Source: Perkinsus chesapeaki ATCC PRA-425
Lineage: Eukaryota; Protista; Perkinsozoa
Length of the DNA: 64,000 bases
NCBI GenBank assembly: GCA_013115145.1
Contig: JAAPAO010000102.1
Coordinates: forward strand, 12,670 to 76,669
Direction of reading: 5' to 3'
Shown here in pieces: positions 48,392 through 61,355 of this stretch. The first letter of the stretch is position 1, and each line of letters opens with the position of its first letter. The position numbers and the translations under genes are program-made. Under the pieces are notes generated by a model that saw only the letters and a program-made list of their open reading frames with translations, had not been told where the DNA came from and did no database searches.

Positions 48392-49486
48392 GAATCTGAA
48401 AGGTAGCGTTACTCCACACGTGAAGCGCGTCTCTTCTGAGTTTTAATGTATTCATTCGCTCGGCGAGATCCCTTAAGTCCTACCTAACCATCCTAAGGGA
48501 GGACGAAGTAATACCGAGCTGCCACACGTTGAGCCCAAAAGGAAAGCAATTGATAATCCCTCTCTCACTAAAAACATACTCCCCGATTTCTGACGAATGT
48601 CTGCACTAGCTACACTTCTCCACCCACCACGGTGAGGTCAATACGAAAGTGATGGGCGATTCCGGCGAATGCTCACGGTTCCGGCCGGCTGCCAACATAT
48701 GCATTGATAATCCCAACTGCCTCATCCAAAACGCCATGTGGATCGGCGTAGAAGTCGCTGTGCTTCGGATGCTGAATGAACCCCCAAACCTTGGGCCAGG
48801 AATTATACAAGAAATGTGATGGTTCGATGGTAGCTTCACCACGGTGACAGTGCAGTTCGCCCGGTGTAGCGGACAGGTCCGCTACGGCGAAGCATGCCGC
48901 AGAGAGGCTTGGGGCGACCATTACTAGACTTAATTAATAGAGGAATTAATGGCACACGCGTTCTTCAAGATTTGCACTTCGCTCTTTCAGTTGCGAACAA
49001 AAGCCAGCGAGCATTGAGATTGAGAGAGAGTGAACCCGCAGTAGGTTAGAATCGGCGTGTCTACAGACCGATTGATCGGCCAACTCGGCCCCAGTGGGAA
49101 CCGCCGTATTAGCTTCCGGTGCTGGTTGATAACCGCGACGACGGTACTGACAAACGCAGTGCAGCAGTATGGGTGGAAATGGCGGACAGATGTAACGCAT
49201 GCAATCAATTCATGTTTATGGGGTGCCATCATCATCATAATCAGCATCCAGCGGTGGCCTCGGAGATCTACGTGTCATCGGTGAGGCCCCGTCAACGTTC
49301 CTTCTGGAGATTGGGCTCTAAAGAGGCACCCACGCCTGCGTGATCGTATGTGATTATCACCGCTCACCATCATGCCTGCCACCACGATTTCCTCGTGGCT
49401 CTCCTCCACCGCTGGCTGAAGTGCTTCGATAGCGTTACAAATCCTTCTCATTATTTCCTACGGAAGACATGACATCGCTGACAGCA

Positions 49487-52400
49487 CTAGCCTACTTTGC
49501 TGTTGATCCCTAGAAGCTCACACCAGACTTCGACATCTCTCTCGTCAGCTAGTGTCACCGTGACATCATCCAACGAGCCAGTCTCCCGGTCTTCCCGACT
49601 CTTAATACGCTCGATCCAAGCCTCGCTCTGATGGCAAATGAATCTAGCTTCATAGTCGGCATGAAGATCTGCCCTATCTATATAAGCCATACAAAATGTC
49701 TGGAGTTCTTCGACACCGAATGAAAGCAAGTGGGAAATAGACCTATTTCTCACAGCAGTATTTCTCACCAAAAGACTGCCGACTCCCCAACTGCCAGGTC
49801 CTTGACGTAGGTTAGTATCAGCAAAACAGTCATTCACCAGATAGCTGCTCATCTCCAAGTTAAGTTCCGACACACAGACACCCAAACAGTAATTCCCTAA
49901 GAAAACTGTCCCACCGCGGCCAGGCACCTAATGATGCCCACCGTTGATTTCATCTTGCTGGTCAACGACCTCCTCCAGAGACTCCTCGCCGTACTTCGAG
50001 CGGATCTATCACAAATTTCGAGTAATATTTTATTCACATCATCTTCACCTTTTCAAGCAGCAGCTTAGCCGTGTCGTACTTCTGATTGGCTATGGCGCAG
50101 TAAACCGGCGTACGTCCATCGAAGTCAGTGAGGCGAGGATCCGCTTCGTTTTCTGAAAGGGCCAACATTGGCCTATGCAGCTTGCACAGCGCCATAGCCT
50201 CTGCAGTCTTGGGGGGCGTATTGTGCAAGCCGATAGTCGTCAACGAGTGCAAGGCTTTCCAATCAACATCGAGAGCTATTGAAAGTATCGAACTGAGCTC
50301 CTGCGCTATAATGAGCCTTGTGTTTTCCTAGTAGAAGTTCTGCGGGGCCTTTACCAAGGAGGGCCACGAGATTCTCGATATTATTATTAATAATAAAATA
50401 TTGATTGTTCAATCCGACCTTTCCAAGGCGCAAAGGTGGCCAAACCTACCGCAGCCCAGCAGATAGGAAAACGTACATCAAGAGGAAAGATGCGGTTCCG
50501 GTTGAGCTCTGATCCTCACCTATCAAGAATTCTATCACAGCGGTTGAATTCCTTCCAGCAGCGGCGTAGTGCAGTGCCGTGGCCCCAGTCTTCGGGTTGA
50601 CAAAGGTAGCATCGCAATCAAACAGGTTCACCAGCTTCTTCAGAACCGGTAAAGCGTTTTTATCGTGCGGTTTTTGGCATACCTTCTGGGAGCTATTAAG
50701 ATCTCCATAGGTAAACTTACCTGAAGCACCACTGTATCGCCTGTGTCGGGGTTGGGCTCGTCCGGAGCGGCGCCGCTGTCCACCAGCAGGCCGAGGAGCT
50801 TGTGATCGCAGTTCTTCTCCAGAGCAACGCGGAAAGGACTTAGCTGATGATTGGAGTACACATTGACCTGCGCACCATACAGATTCCGAAAGATACTCTT
50901 CTGCGCACGCGTGCGGTTACACTAGCTCCAGCCTTCAAAAGCAGCTTCACCAGCACGTCCCTCGACTTTGGTTTCTTCAGAGCAGCGAAGAGCGGCGTCT
51001 CTCCATTGCCGATTTTCTTGTCCGGATCGGCTCTATACTGTAGCAGTATCTCGCACATCTTAGGCACCCCTCGATTAGCCGCCGCATAGAGCGGACTGAA
51101 CCCTGTGGAAGGTGCCGTATTAGGATCAGCCTTGCCTGATTGACAACGGTCAAATATTCTCTTTTACATCACATAGCTTCGTTTCTACTACGAACTATTG
51201 GCTTATACTTGTAATAGTACAAATTGTAAAGTGTCAGTAATAGAATAATTGGCACTACTATACGTTATTAAACATACACCTAGCAATCAAAGTGAACGTG
51301 CAACACAGGTAGGTAGTACATCACGCAGAAATTGGGAAGCAAAATAGAGCCGTAACTGTTCAGCCGTTCGCTGTCAAGTGTGATGGAGAGACCAGTGCAC
51401 TCGAGTTCAACAGTATGTGCACACAGCAATGGCATCAGGAAAGGCCGAGAAATGCCGAAACCTTTCCGCCCTCTAACAAATGAGCGACCATGAAGCACTA
51501 AAAGACCGGGACCAAGGAGCTGCCTACCATCCAGCAGTAAAGTGACCATTTCCTCATGCACCTTGTCCACTGCTGCGTAGAGGGCTGTTGTTCCGGTCTT
51601 AGGGTGCACCCAGTTGAGATCGATACCGCCCTCAATAGCTGCTCGACAAGCCTCAATATCGTTGTTTCTGACACAACGAATGCAAAAATTTCAACTCATG
51701 AAACGCTTCGCTCCGCCTACCTGGCGGCAGTATGCAAATCCATAGCCTGTAGAAGAGCAATCATATCTTTATCGTCCGTCAGGTCGATCGGGGTGCGACC
51801 AATACTGTCCGTCACACCAAGCTGAGCGCCGCGAGTTATCAAAGATTTGACCTGCCGGAAGCAATCTCCGAGGTCCCGGGTTCGATCCCCCGTCTTGCCA
51901 TTTCACGATCGTTGTTAATAACCGCCAGCATAAGAGGAGTTAGACCGCCGACTGGACTGACGTCATTCGGGTCGGCAGAATGATCCAATAGTATCGAAAT
52001 CATCTCAACACTGCAGGAGCTTCCCACTGCCTGAGGAAACAGATGTGACAAATATAAAAGTGGATATAAGGATTATTAAAAAACATAGAAAACAAAGGGG
52101 ACTAGGAAAGAGCAGACTATAGCGAAGGCTGAAGGAAGCTGTGAGAAAGAAAGACGAAAATAGTATGACACTATTAGGATACTAAATAGCAAATGCCCAG
52201 TGAGAATCCATGGATCCAAGAGGGTGCTCTCTGAATTGTTAAAATATATGCCGGTGGTCCCTAACACAACATGCCTAATGTCGACGAAATTCCGCAAAAT
52301 TTTGATCGAATTTTACACTGAATTGATATTTCATTTGAGAAGCTGATGATGCGATTTTGGAGCTCAGTCTCGCAAGACCAATAGATATGCCCTCGGTGCT

Positions 52401-54109
52401 CACCAGTAAAAGCAATGTCTCGTTGGTCTCTGGATCGACATAGCTGGCGTCAACTCCTCCACTCCTCAGGAGCTCCTGCATACTGTAACACGCGTCTCGC
52501 GCCTTCGGTATCTCGTTCGCCGAGCCACTGCTCTCGCTGGCGAAACTCGAGACCAGGTTGCCTCCTGCACCCTGAAATATAGCTCGATACCGGACCGGGG
52601 AGCAATCCAGGCTCTCAGAAATATGTTGCTCAAAGATCGACAAGTGTTCCTAATGCGGAAGAGACGCGAGGAAAGGTCTGCTAAAAAATGAAGCATCGAG
52701 GGCTGCCGTTCTGGGGCCAACGGCTGATGTTCCCTTATAACTCCCCATCCCGACCAGACTCCTGGCCGGTCCAATCAGCATTTCAGAAAACAATTCCCTA
52801 TGGTGGAGGGCCCTGTTTTCACAGTGGTGGTGGGCCCCACCACAGGAAGGCCAAGGAAACAGCGACGGCGTTAATTTGGAAGCTCCGACCCGCCCGTCGG
52901 ACACTTACTCCAACCCATTTCTCAGCAAACTGCGAAAGCACCCCCGAAGAGCTCCGCTTGGGCCCCGACTCGGACCTGATACACAAGATATTTGAGCGTG
53001 TTTCCGTAACGAGCCGCCTCGACAGCTGGAGCGGAACCCTCACAAAAATGTGCCAGAAAATGGTGAGGCAGCTGTGTTGGAGTATAGGCACACCTCCAAA
53101 AAATAGCGAACTTTCGTCGGTATTTTTGGCAAAAATACCGACCAAAGTTCGCTATTTTTTTCTAATTTTGAGCCTCCCACGCAAAGCAGCGTGCACGTGG
53201 CGAGAGTATTTTAGGACTGATGCAAAAAGATGTGACACGAAGATTACAACTACGGGACACACGAAAGTTACTCATCTGAATCGAACGATGATGGATAGTT
53301 TTCTCCATTTCCACCGGTTTTTCCCGGCTCGTCCACCTCCTCATAAAGGTTGCCGTGCCTAAAAAACACCACTGCTGGGATTCGAACCTCAGACCTCAGC
53401 CAAAGCACTTGCACAATGCGACAGCAAAAATGTTCCGGAGTTCTTGGAGCTTCGCAAGAGACTCTTCAGTGTCGCAATCCTCCGCATCTGTCACGAATCA
53501 CATAATCCGTCAAATCAGCGCACCGCCGCCAGCTTACGCTCCAACACGAAGCCCTCCAAAACCGATCCCTCGCGAGATGATACCCTCTTGAATATCTTAG
53601 GTGTCCCATGGAGGAAGCTGCCTCGAGGGGTCTGCTGCCGCTGTATCACAGGCATATGCGAATCACTCAGACTCATGAAACCTATAAAATCTTGCAATCT
53701 TGCAAGTCCTCAACGCTCACACACCTGTTCCGGCCGGCAATAGAAGTGATTTCCTCCGAACAGCGTGTGTCGGTACAGTGGCAGTCGAGTAGGAGATTGG
53801 TGTGTCGCCGTTTAAATCGGTTAATAACGGGCTCGCTCCATCGGCGAGCAGAATCGATACAATCTCGACATTGAGTTGCCTCACTGCAATGTGCAGGGGG
53901 GTGCCTGTAGAGCGTCAATTCAAAATTGTCGTCTTGGGTGGCAGCAGCTTACAGTGGTCCAGCGGGCTGAGCACGTTGACAGATGCATCGGCGTTGAGCA
54001 AGAACTGGACAACCTCTTCGATGTTTCTGCGGACTGCCAGCAAAAGTAATGTGTCTTTCGAATGGAGGTGATCCACAGCATCAACCGAGACCTCATCGCT
54101 CTGTACCAT
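49487..54109 (-). CDS. Multi-ankyrin-repeat protein (may be more than one gene)
   Basis: Repeated ANK motifs: DTLLLLAVRRNIEEVVQFLL, GLTPLMLAVINND, GTTALYAAVDK, GETPLFAALK, GATALHYAAAGRN, GRTPVYCAIANQKYDTAKLLL. Confidence 0.88.
51870..51900 (+). pseudogene. tRNA 3'-half relic, antisense, in ankyrin intron 51852-51906
   Basis: GAGGTCCCGGGTTCGATCCCCCGTCTTGCCA then TTTCAC (minus strand GTGAAA donor). Confidence 0.7.
53367..53402 (-). pseudogene. tRNA 3'-half relic, sense, ending at the 3' splice site 53359 of an ankyrin intron
   Basis: TGGCTGAGGTCTGAGGTTCGAATCCCAGCAGTGGTG then TTTTTTAG. Confidence 0.6.
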
Positions 54110-54289
54110 GGTGAATAATATCTGAAGAAAGCAGGAGGGCGGTCAGAAAAAGGGATCGCCGATCCGACTTCGGGATAAATGAAAAATTCAAGGTTCGCGT
54201 TTTCTCATGAGGGTATTCCGAAGATTGATCGGTTCGAACTTCGAACGGATGAGGGGTCGACGAAGAGCCTCAATGGGCCCTGAACTCAA

Positions 54290-57200
54290 AATACCCTTAT
54301 TGTTCTATAAACCTTAGTACGAACTCCACAGGAATGAAAATTGGCAGACCCAGCAGGACTCAAAACTTTCCCGAAAGTGGGAACACTAATTGACTCTGGA
54401 GTGTTATTGAATATGGTTACGGTTAATGAGCGCAGAGACTGGCACCGACAACACTTAGACGCCCCTTCGGTGTCCTTACGTCAAAGTGTCCTTTTTCAAG
54501 GCATATAACCGCCTTAATGTCGAGGTACAGCGTGAGAGCATCACCAGCGGCGTATATCTTATCTCGAAGCTCGTCCCTCTTGAGATGCATAAGTTCGGTG
54601 AAGCTACTGCAGATTCCAGTGGATTCGTGCTCCTCCTAAACCCATAATGCGACACACTTTTTGTTCTCGGTAGGAGCGCATCTAATGCTTCTTATTGCTC
54701 TAGAAACACAATAACTGTTATATTTCTGCAAGCCATTCTAGATCCTACAGGATCCTACATTTTCTATTTCAATTTCTATAATTTCTCTGCACTAGGAAAA
54801 ATGCTGATCTTCGACGAACGTTTCCTGAATGAATTTCTGAGCACAATAATATCACACGCCAGAAATAACTGCTTTATATATGAATATTAATAATAACAAT
54901 ATAATATATATCCGGACTCCCCTGCATTGTTTCCCAAAAATGCCCTATTTCCAATATAGTTCCCCGCACGGCGAATATATCGCCAACACGTCCGGCGTTC
55001 GAGAGCTCTTCAAAGTGGTTTTCTCAACAGCATAATATTCGTGATGATATTTGATGGAGTGACTTGAAATACGAATTTCACATTAAAAAACTGTTTTAAT
55101 ACATTGATCTGATAAAACTTTTTCTATTAAGAAGGATAGCTTAGCTATTACGTATTCCATTATACTACATCTTACCTGCTCTTCCTATATTTTCGAGAAT
55201 TCCCCCCGCTGAAGAGGTTATTCAACGAAGTACATTTTCCGAGCTCAACCTGTATACGCAATAATAGGACCTTACCTCCACGAAGAGAGCATGTTGCCCA
55301 ACGTATTCCTGCGGTCCTAGACTCGACAACTTGGTCGTCGGCGCTGTAGATCCCGCCGAAGCCACATTGGTGCTTGAAGACGCTGACGGTGACCCCACGA
55401 AGACACTCGATCGACGCCGCGAAGCACCGAGGCTGCTGCCAGACCGCATCCTAAACTGCAATTTGAAGTTATCAAATCACTTACTGGCTTACTGGCTGAA
55501 ACGGCTCCTCGCTGCCGATCCTTCCGATTCCTGTGCGGAGCTCCCGCCAACTATCATCATAATAGTTACGGCGCCCTTGCGGACGAAATACCTTACAGTG
55601 ATGCCTTGTATGCTAATTAATGTAAACGATGTACTGCAACCAGATGAATTCCACGCAAAGATTACAAAACCAGTGCTCGGCCATCTAATGCTGGGAAGCC
55701 CCCAGCTCTCGGGGTTCGGAGCCCGCCAGATAGCTCGCCAAATACAGTAATTCGAGGGTTCAGGAGTGTAAGAATTAATTGGAAAGCCTTATGGAGTATG
55801 TTCGGTTAGTGTTCTGGTTGGAAGACTTGTTACTATTGTTAATTATTCTGGTCTGATCGCTTGCCACAAGGGGGTGAAGCAAGAAAAGGAGTACTGAGGG
55901 TCCAGAAGAAACAGCTCGTGAGCTGAACTCACAATGCTCCCCATAGGAGAACTCACTGAGTTCATAGAGTTAGTTCATAGTTCATAGGAAGCATGGAGTT
56001 GATAGCTGCATCAATCATCTACAGTTAGCTTGTCTTCAGCGATTCCAGGATCGCACCAGAAATAACATAATCGAAATCAGTGTGAGTTGATAGATGTTAC
56101 TCTTCCTTCGTTCCGTAATAACTCTTTGGCAAAATCGAAATAATTACGAGAAAAATAAAAAAATCCAAATGACCAGCTTAGTCATTCTGCTGGTAAGTCA
56201 CCAGTGATCGCCCCGGTTTTTTAACATACCACTAATATCGACCAACCACTTACATCCCGTCTGCATTCTCCCCTTGATAAAATACGACATCACCAGGCGC
56301 GCAGAATATAGGTTTGCAAATCATACAGATTCGTCCGACGATTTCTTCACGTAACATCGTGAAGAAACTGTACCTAAGAGAGATGCTGGCCTCGCTGGAA
56401 GCTGCTCACGATCTTACTGTTTCAGAAGCTTTCCCATAAGGGTCAACTGCACTTCATTTTGGAGAGAGTCAGACAACTAAGACGGGACGCTGCGAATTTC
56501 GTGGCGAGTGACGCTACCATGGTCATCAACTCGGATTTGGCCTTGAATTCAAACTGGTTGTCCAACAGGTGCTCGATGTATCGCTTAATTCGGACCTGAA
56601 ACTAATATCGTGGCGCGTGACAATCACGTTTGATGTATGAATAGCGAGCGAGCTGCATATAAGCAATATGCCATCCTAGCGAGCATTGTGATTCGTCTCT
56701 TGAAACGAATGCGTGTCTGGTTGTGCTAGTAGACGAATCATCTTCTGAAACTCCTGCTGGTCAAGGGCGCCGCCTAGGCTTATATCACAGGACTGAGGGT
56801 CCTCTAGGAATGTAAAAGGTGACTCAAAAATAGAAGAGGTACAAATTCTAAAAAAGAAACGAATGGGGAAAGGAATTTGAAATTTCTTCGGGGCACTTGG
56901 TAGGATTCTCCTCACCGCCTTACCTGTAGCTGAGCCTCGACATTATTTGCCCGCATGAACTTCATGGCCCTTTTCATCCTCTGCCGATACTCAGTCTTAT
57001 GCTCTCCAAAAGATACAACCAAATTCGTCACGGAACCTGCGATGTCAGCAATAGGCCATCCGTCACGCGCCGCGAAATTCTTACCAACAACAACAGCGAA
57101 GATGACACCGGCTGCAAGCATCATGACCATCGTGAAGATCCTTTCCCCGTCATTCGATGCAATGATATCGCCGTACATAGTTGAAACAATTGACACAGCG

Positions 57201-60200
57201 TAAAACAGAGACCTCAGATATCTGCCAAATGTTTCTGCGCCAAGAATATCACCAAGTGGTGCCGGGCAACACTTAATCGAGGTAATTTTATGGAGTTTCC
57301 TCCGATTCCTGGACATCCAGTCTGCCACAATTCACGCATTCAGGATAGAGTCAGCTGGCCTCGCGTAACTACGTTCCGCGAATAGTACTCCTGATGCGGA
57401 GATACGTGGAGGGGACTTTGCCAGGAGATATGTTATTAAATATTAAATACTTTCGTCCTGAGAACATGTTCGAGGATCAGCTGTTCATGGCCCCTAACTC
57501 AGGCAAGTTTCAGACCGGGGATTCAGCAGTGACAACGAAGACGACTTCAGCGAGGCGAGCCTAGTGCCTCGCCACCACGCTTCTCGAGACCCCCTTCCTC
57601 GCTTACTTGTTAGCAAGCAAACCCTCCTGCTCGAGCTCATTATCCCTTATCCAGTTCATCTCCTGTGCCACACCACTGACACCGATGAACCACCAAACAC
57701 ACGCTATCCAATGACTCAGACAGAACAGGCCGAGGAACATCTTTGCCATAGTGAAACCGGCCAACCAAATATCGGAATCTATGTGTTCCTCAAGTTTCGC
57801 CAGCAACGTTTTGATTCTCATCAGACGCAGCAGGCGTACGATACCTGTCGCCAGGTATGGATTACACAAGTCTTAGGGCTTACGCGCGAACTTGACGATC
57901 CTAATCACTCTGAGGAGCTTGCTAGCCGATTGTCGACTGTCCTCCACATCACCTGAAGAGGAGGGAGGAGGTGAGCTCCAACTAAATGCATGGGCCAACT
58001 ACCTGAGCTCAGTATCCAGTCGAATGGTATGGATGCCACAAGATCCACAAAGAGCCAGGTTTGGATGTAGTATCGAACAATGTCACGATGCTTCAAATTG
58101 AGAACCTACCAAAGACAACATTCAGGGCAAATCTCAGGAGCCCTCGACTGGGGAAAGGGGGTTCTATTCTGTGATAGAAAATGCCTAAGTTGACGGCCAG
58201 CACGACCACGCCAGCATCTACGGAACTCCTACTGACCAGATAATTTTCAGCCGTAACACAAAACAATAAGTCCGTGACCACTCGGAAAAGACATAAATAT
58301 TCTAATATACTGTATTAATTCTGAACGATTTTTTCTGAATATAAAAGTAATGGAGGCTTAGATATTTCAACATCCGAACGATTATCACCAAAATACTGCT
58401 GACAGGGTGAGTCCCAAAGTGATCATTCGATGGAAAAATACCAACTGATAGAGCCGAATGAGCCTTTCGTCGCACTCACTCCTCGATTCCAGTATCCGGT
58501 GACGAAGTTCAGAGCTATGTCACAGAGGAAATATATATCGATACATCTGTCTAGATCAGCCATGAACCCCGTCAGATCGGTTTCAAAACTCAAGGTATAC
58601 GGCACCTGTTCGATGATGAGAAGAGGAGCTGGTCATCATACACCTTACCAGAAAGCCCTGATAGACTATAAAGAGTAGACCGGCAACATCCCAGGTAAGC
58701 CTGAACTTACCGTCTGGATAGATGATCCAGCGGTCCGAACCTGCGCGGTCAAGCACAAGGGATATCATTAAGAAATCATCAACACTGAGCGTCAGCAGAG
58801 GCGAGCAAAGCCGAGAGCTACATTGGGTTTGATACCAGAGAGCCCGCCATCTACATTGCCATGAGCTAATAATACGTAACATTACATTGCCAAGTTGATC
58901 GCAAACGATTAAGAAATGAACGAAGACAAGGAAAGGTACTCATACCAGCAGAGAGCTATGTACACCCCCGGTACACAAACGGAGCATTTGCTCCAAATCC
59001 CAGACCGTTCTCACCATCAGTCGGCTTCGAAGATGCATCGTCAAGTGATAAATGCTTAGCATGGCTCTCCACCTTCAACTGTGCTATCGTCTGCGCTCTA
59101 TCAACCTGCACATTAGTTCCCTAAAGATGAACCTATGCCGTTACTACCACAGTCTTGCCACTGCTCCTTAACGTCCCTCGTCCCCCGAACTTCTGTGGGC
59201 CCCCGCCCGACAAGGCTGAATCAACAAAGATTACTGCCCATCACCTTCACCTATCACCAGCACTACTCTGCTTTGGCTGCTGCACGGCGGAATAGGCGGC
59301 AACCAACGCCTCCAGTGCCGACTTAACTGGCGGAACCTTTTCTCTGGAGCTTCTTATGTCATCGACGGCAGAAGGGTGCTCTAGATCTACCACAGAGGGT
59401 CAGGGATTAAGTAGAAGACTGCCCGCAGGAAATTGGCTCAAGTGTTGAATGGAAGTTGTTGAAGCGGAAGACGGACTAGAAACAGGACCACAGAATTTAG
59501 AAATTGGAGACACCGAAATTTCGGAAAATTTCCCTTTTAATTTTCATTGGTCAGCACAACGGTGTTGATATGAAAGATGCTCAGGTAGCGTCGAAAGAAA
59601 TCAGCTCGCCGCCGAATGCCATCAAGTCTTGAAACGAGTTTTCCCCGTAAAAGATGATGGAAAAAATGATAAAAGTGTGGGATTGAACAGAAAAAATCTT
59701 GCCAGTGCGAATGAATTACAGAAAATAATATTTCTAGTGCAAAAATATGACGTATCTTTTCCCGCAGTGGCGACCATCTCTCTGGACGGCTATTCTTCAT
59801 CTTTTACCCTCTCCCCCCAATATTACTATCCACAGTGCCCACAAACTGAGGAGGGCTGAATGCCACACTTTGCTGCCTCTTCAGTCCTGCACCAGCAGCA
59901 GGCTGGGCATCGGTAGTAACAGCAGCAGCAGCTGACGGCGATGGCGAAGGATCAGGGGGGCTCTCCGCGAGAGATGACATAGACTTGGCCAACGGATGTG
60001 GAGGTGCCGATTGAGGAGTGTCAGAAAGGTTAGACTGGAATGCTTTAATAGGAGCATCCATATTAGAGATGAATGCCGCCTTAGCTGCCTCCACTGCGGC
60101 CGTGCCTGAGGAAGCCATCCGAATTGGCTCTGTTCTTTATTTGAGAATGTAATTGTTAGTATCATTATTGACAGTAGCAAGTACATAACGAGGCTCCTGC

Positions 60201-61355
60201 CGTCTGATATCCCACTAGACCGAATCACGTTCCAGAGTAACAGAGGATTCCTCGTTCGCCAGAGCAGCAGATTGACTCACCAATGTTTCCTGTATGAGCG
60301 GGTGATCTTCTTCTCGATCGCGCCGCAGCCTTGCTCCTTTCACCAGCCTTGCTCTGATCACTTTCAGTACCAGCTGATTTAAGCTGATTAAAACACTCTT
60401 AATGCAATTAAATCTACTCCTCTACCGGTTCAGACGGCTTTAAAGGCTTCTTGCCGGATAGTGATCCCAATGCCGTCTCCCAGGAGGTAGAGCCTATCGA
60501 TCTCAGCTGCGGGCTGAGCACACCTACACCTCGATGTTAAGTTCCAAAGTGGCCGAGGTTTGACCTTCAATGGCCGGCAACTGCTCCGAGCTCCTTCTCG
60601 GACTATCGCCCTTCTTTCCCTAACATCACAGATGTCCTATCTCAAATGCCGCACCAAACAGGCACCTGCTGCTGTGGATCTGTCGAACCCACACGTAGGC
60701 TTCCCCGTCTGCTCCCTTCCGGGACTTCCTCTACAGCTTCCCGGCCGGCCGCCGATAACGGCGATTCAGGCCTCCCTATTGCACATCTGCGACTCGGTCC
60801 GAAGCTGCCATCAAAAATCTCCTTGCCCTTCCCTCCCCCCTTAGGACTGGCCACTGTGGGAGCGTCTTGATTAGCAGAAATTGCGATAGGCTCTCCGATC
60901 GGCGGCTCTACAACATCAATCGACGGCGGAGCAGCTTGACCTGCGCCCGCTGTTTGCTCGGCCTCCTCAGGCCTCCCCGCACGTGCGACTTTCGGAGCGA
61001 CAACCGATACGATGAAGTCCTGTATTTCCTCAACAATGCTTCTGTGATGGGCCGCCATATCTTGTGCCATCGCATGGAACAGTTCGAGCCGAAACTTATG
61101 CAGCTCGATTAGAACGTCCCCGATTTTCGCTTCGGTGACCCCCAGGCCACCAAATCCGGGAATAGTCCCGGCCAACTGCGACGCGGGCAGAGCGATCTGG
61201 GTGGTGTCTTGGTAGCCGTCCGTGGAGCTGACTGGGAACGCTGCATTCACTGCATTGACCGCTGCTCCATCGCCAGTTTCAGACGTATGTCGAGCCAGGC
61301 TTCGAAGCGGGCCGGGGGGGAATCTAGATATCCTTTTACGAGGGGAAAGTGACAT
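54290..61355 (-). CDS. Cyclic-nucleotide-gated / EAG-HCN-like 6TM channel with long low-complexity N-terminus (exons above about 59500 may belong to a separate gene; 3' end approximate)
   Basis: WIIYPDGKFRLTWDVAGLLFIVYQ, IDIYFLCDIALNFVTGY, IVRYYIQTWLFVDLVASIPFDWI, S4 RLLRLMRIKTLL, SHWIACVWWFIG, pore YLRSLFYAVSIVSTMYGDI, C-linker EYRQRMKRAMKFMRANNV...QVRIKRYIE. Confidence 0.85.
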
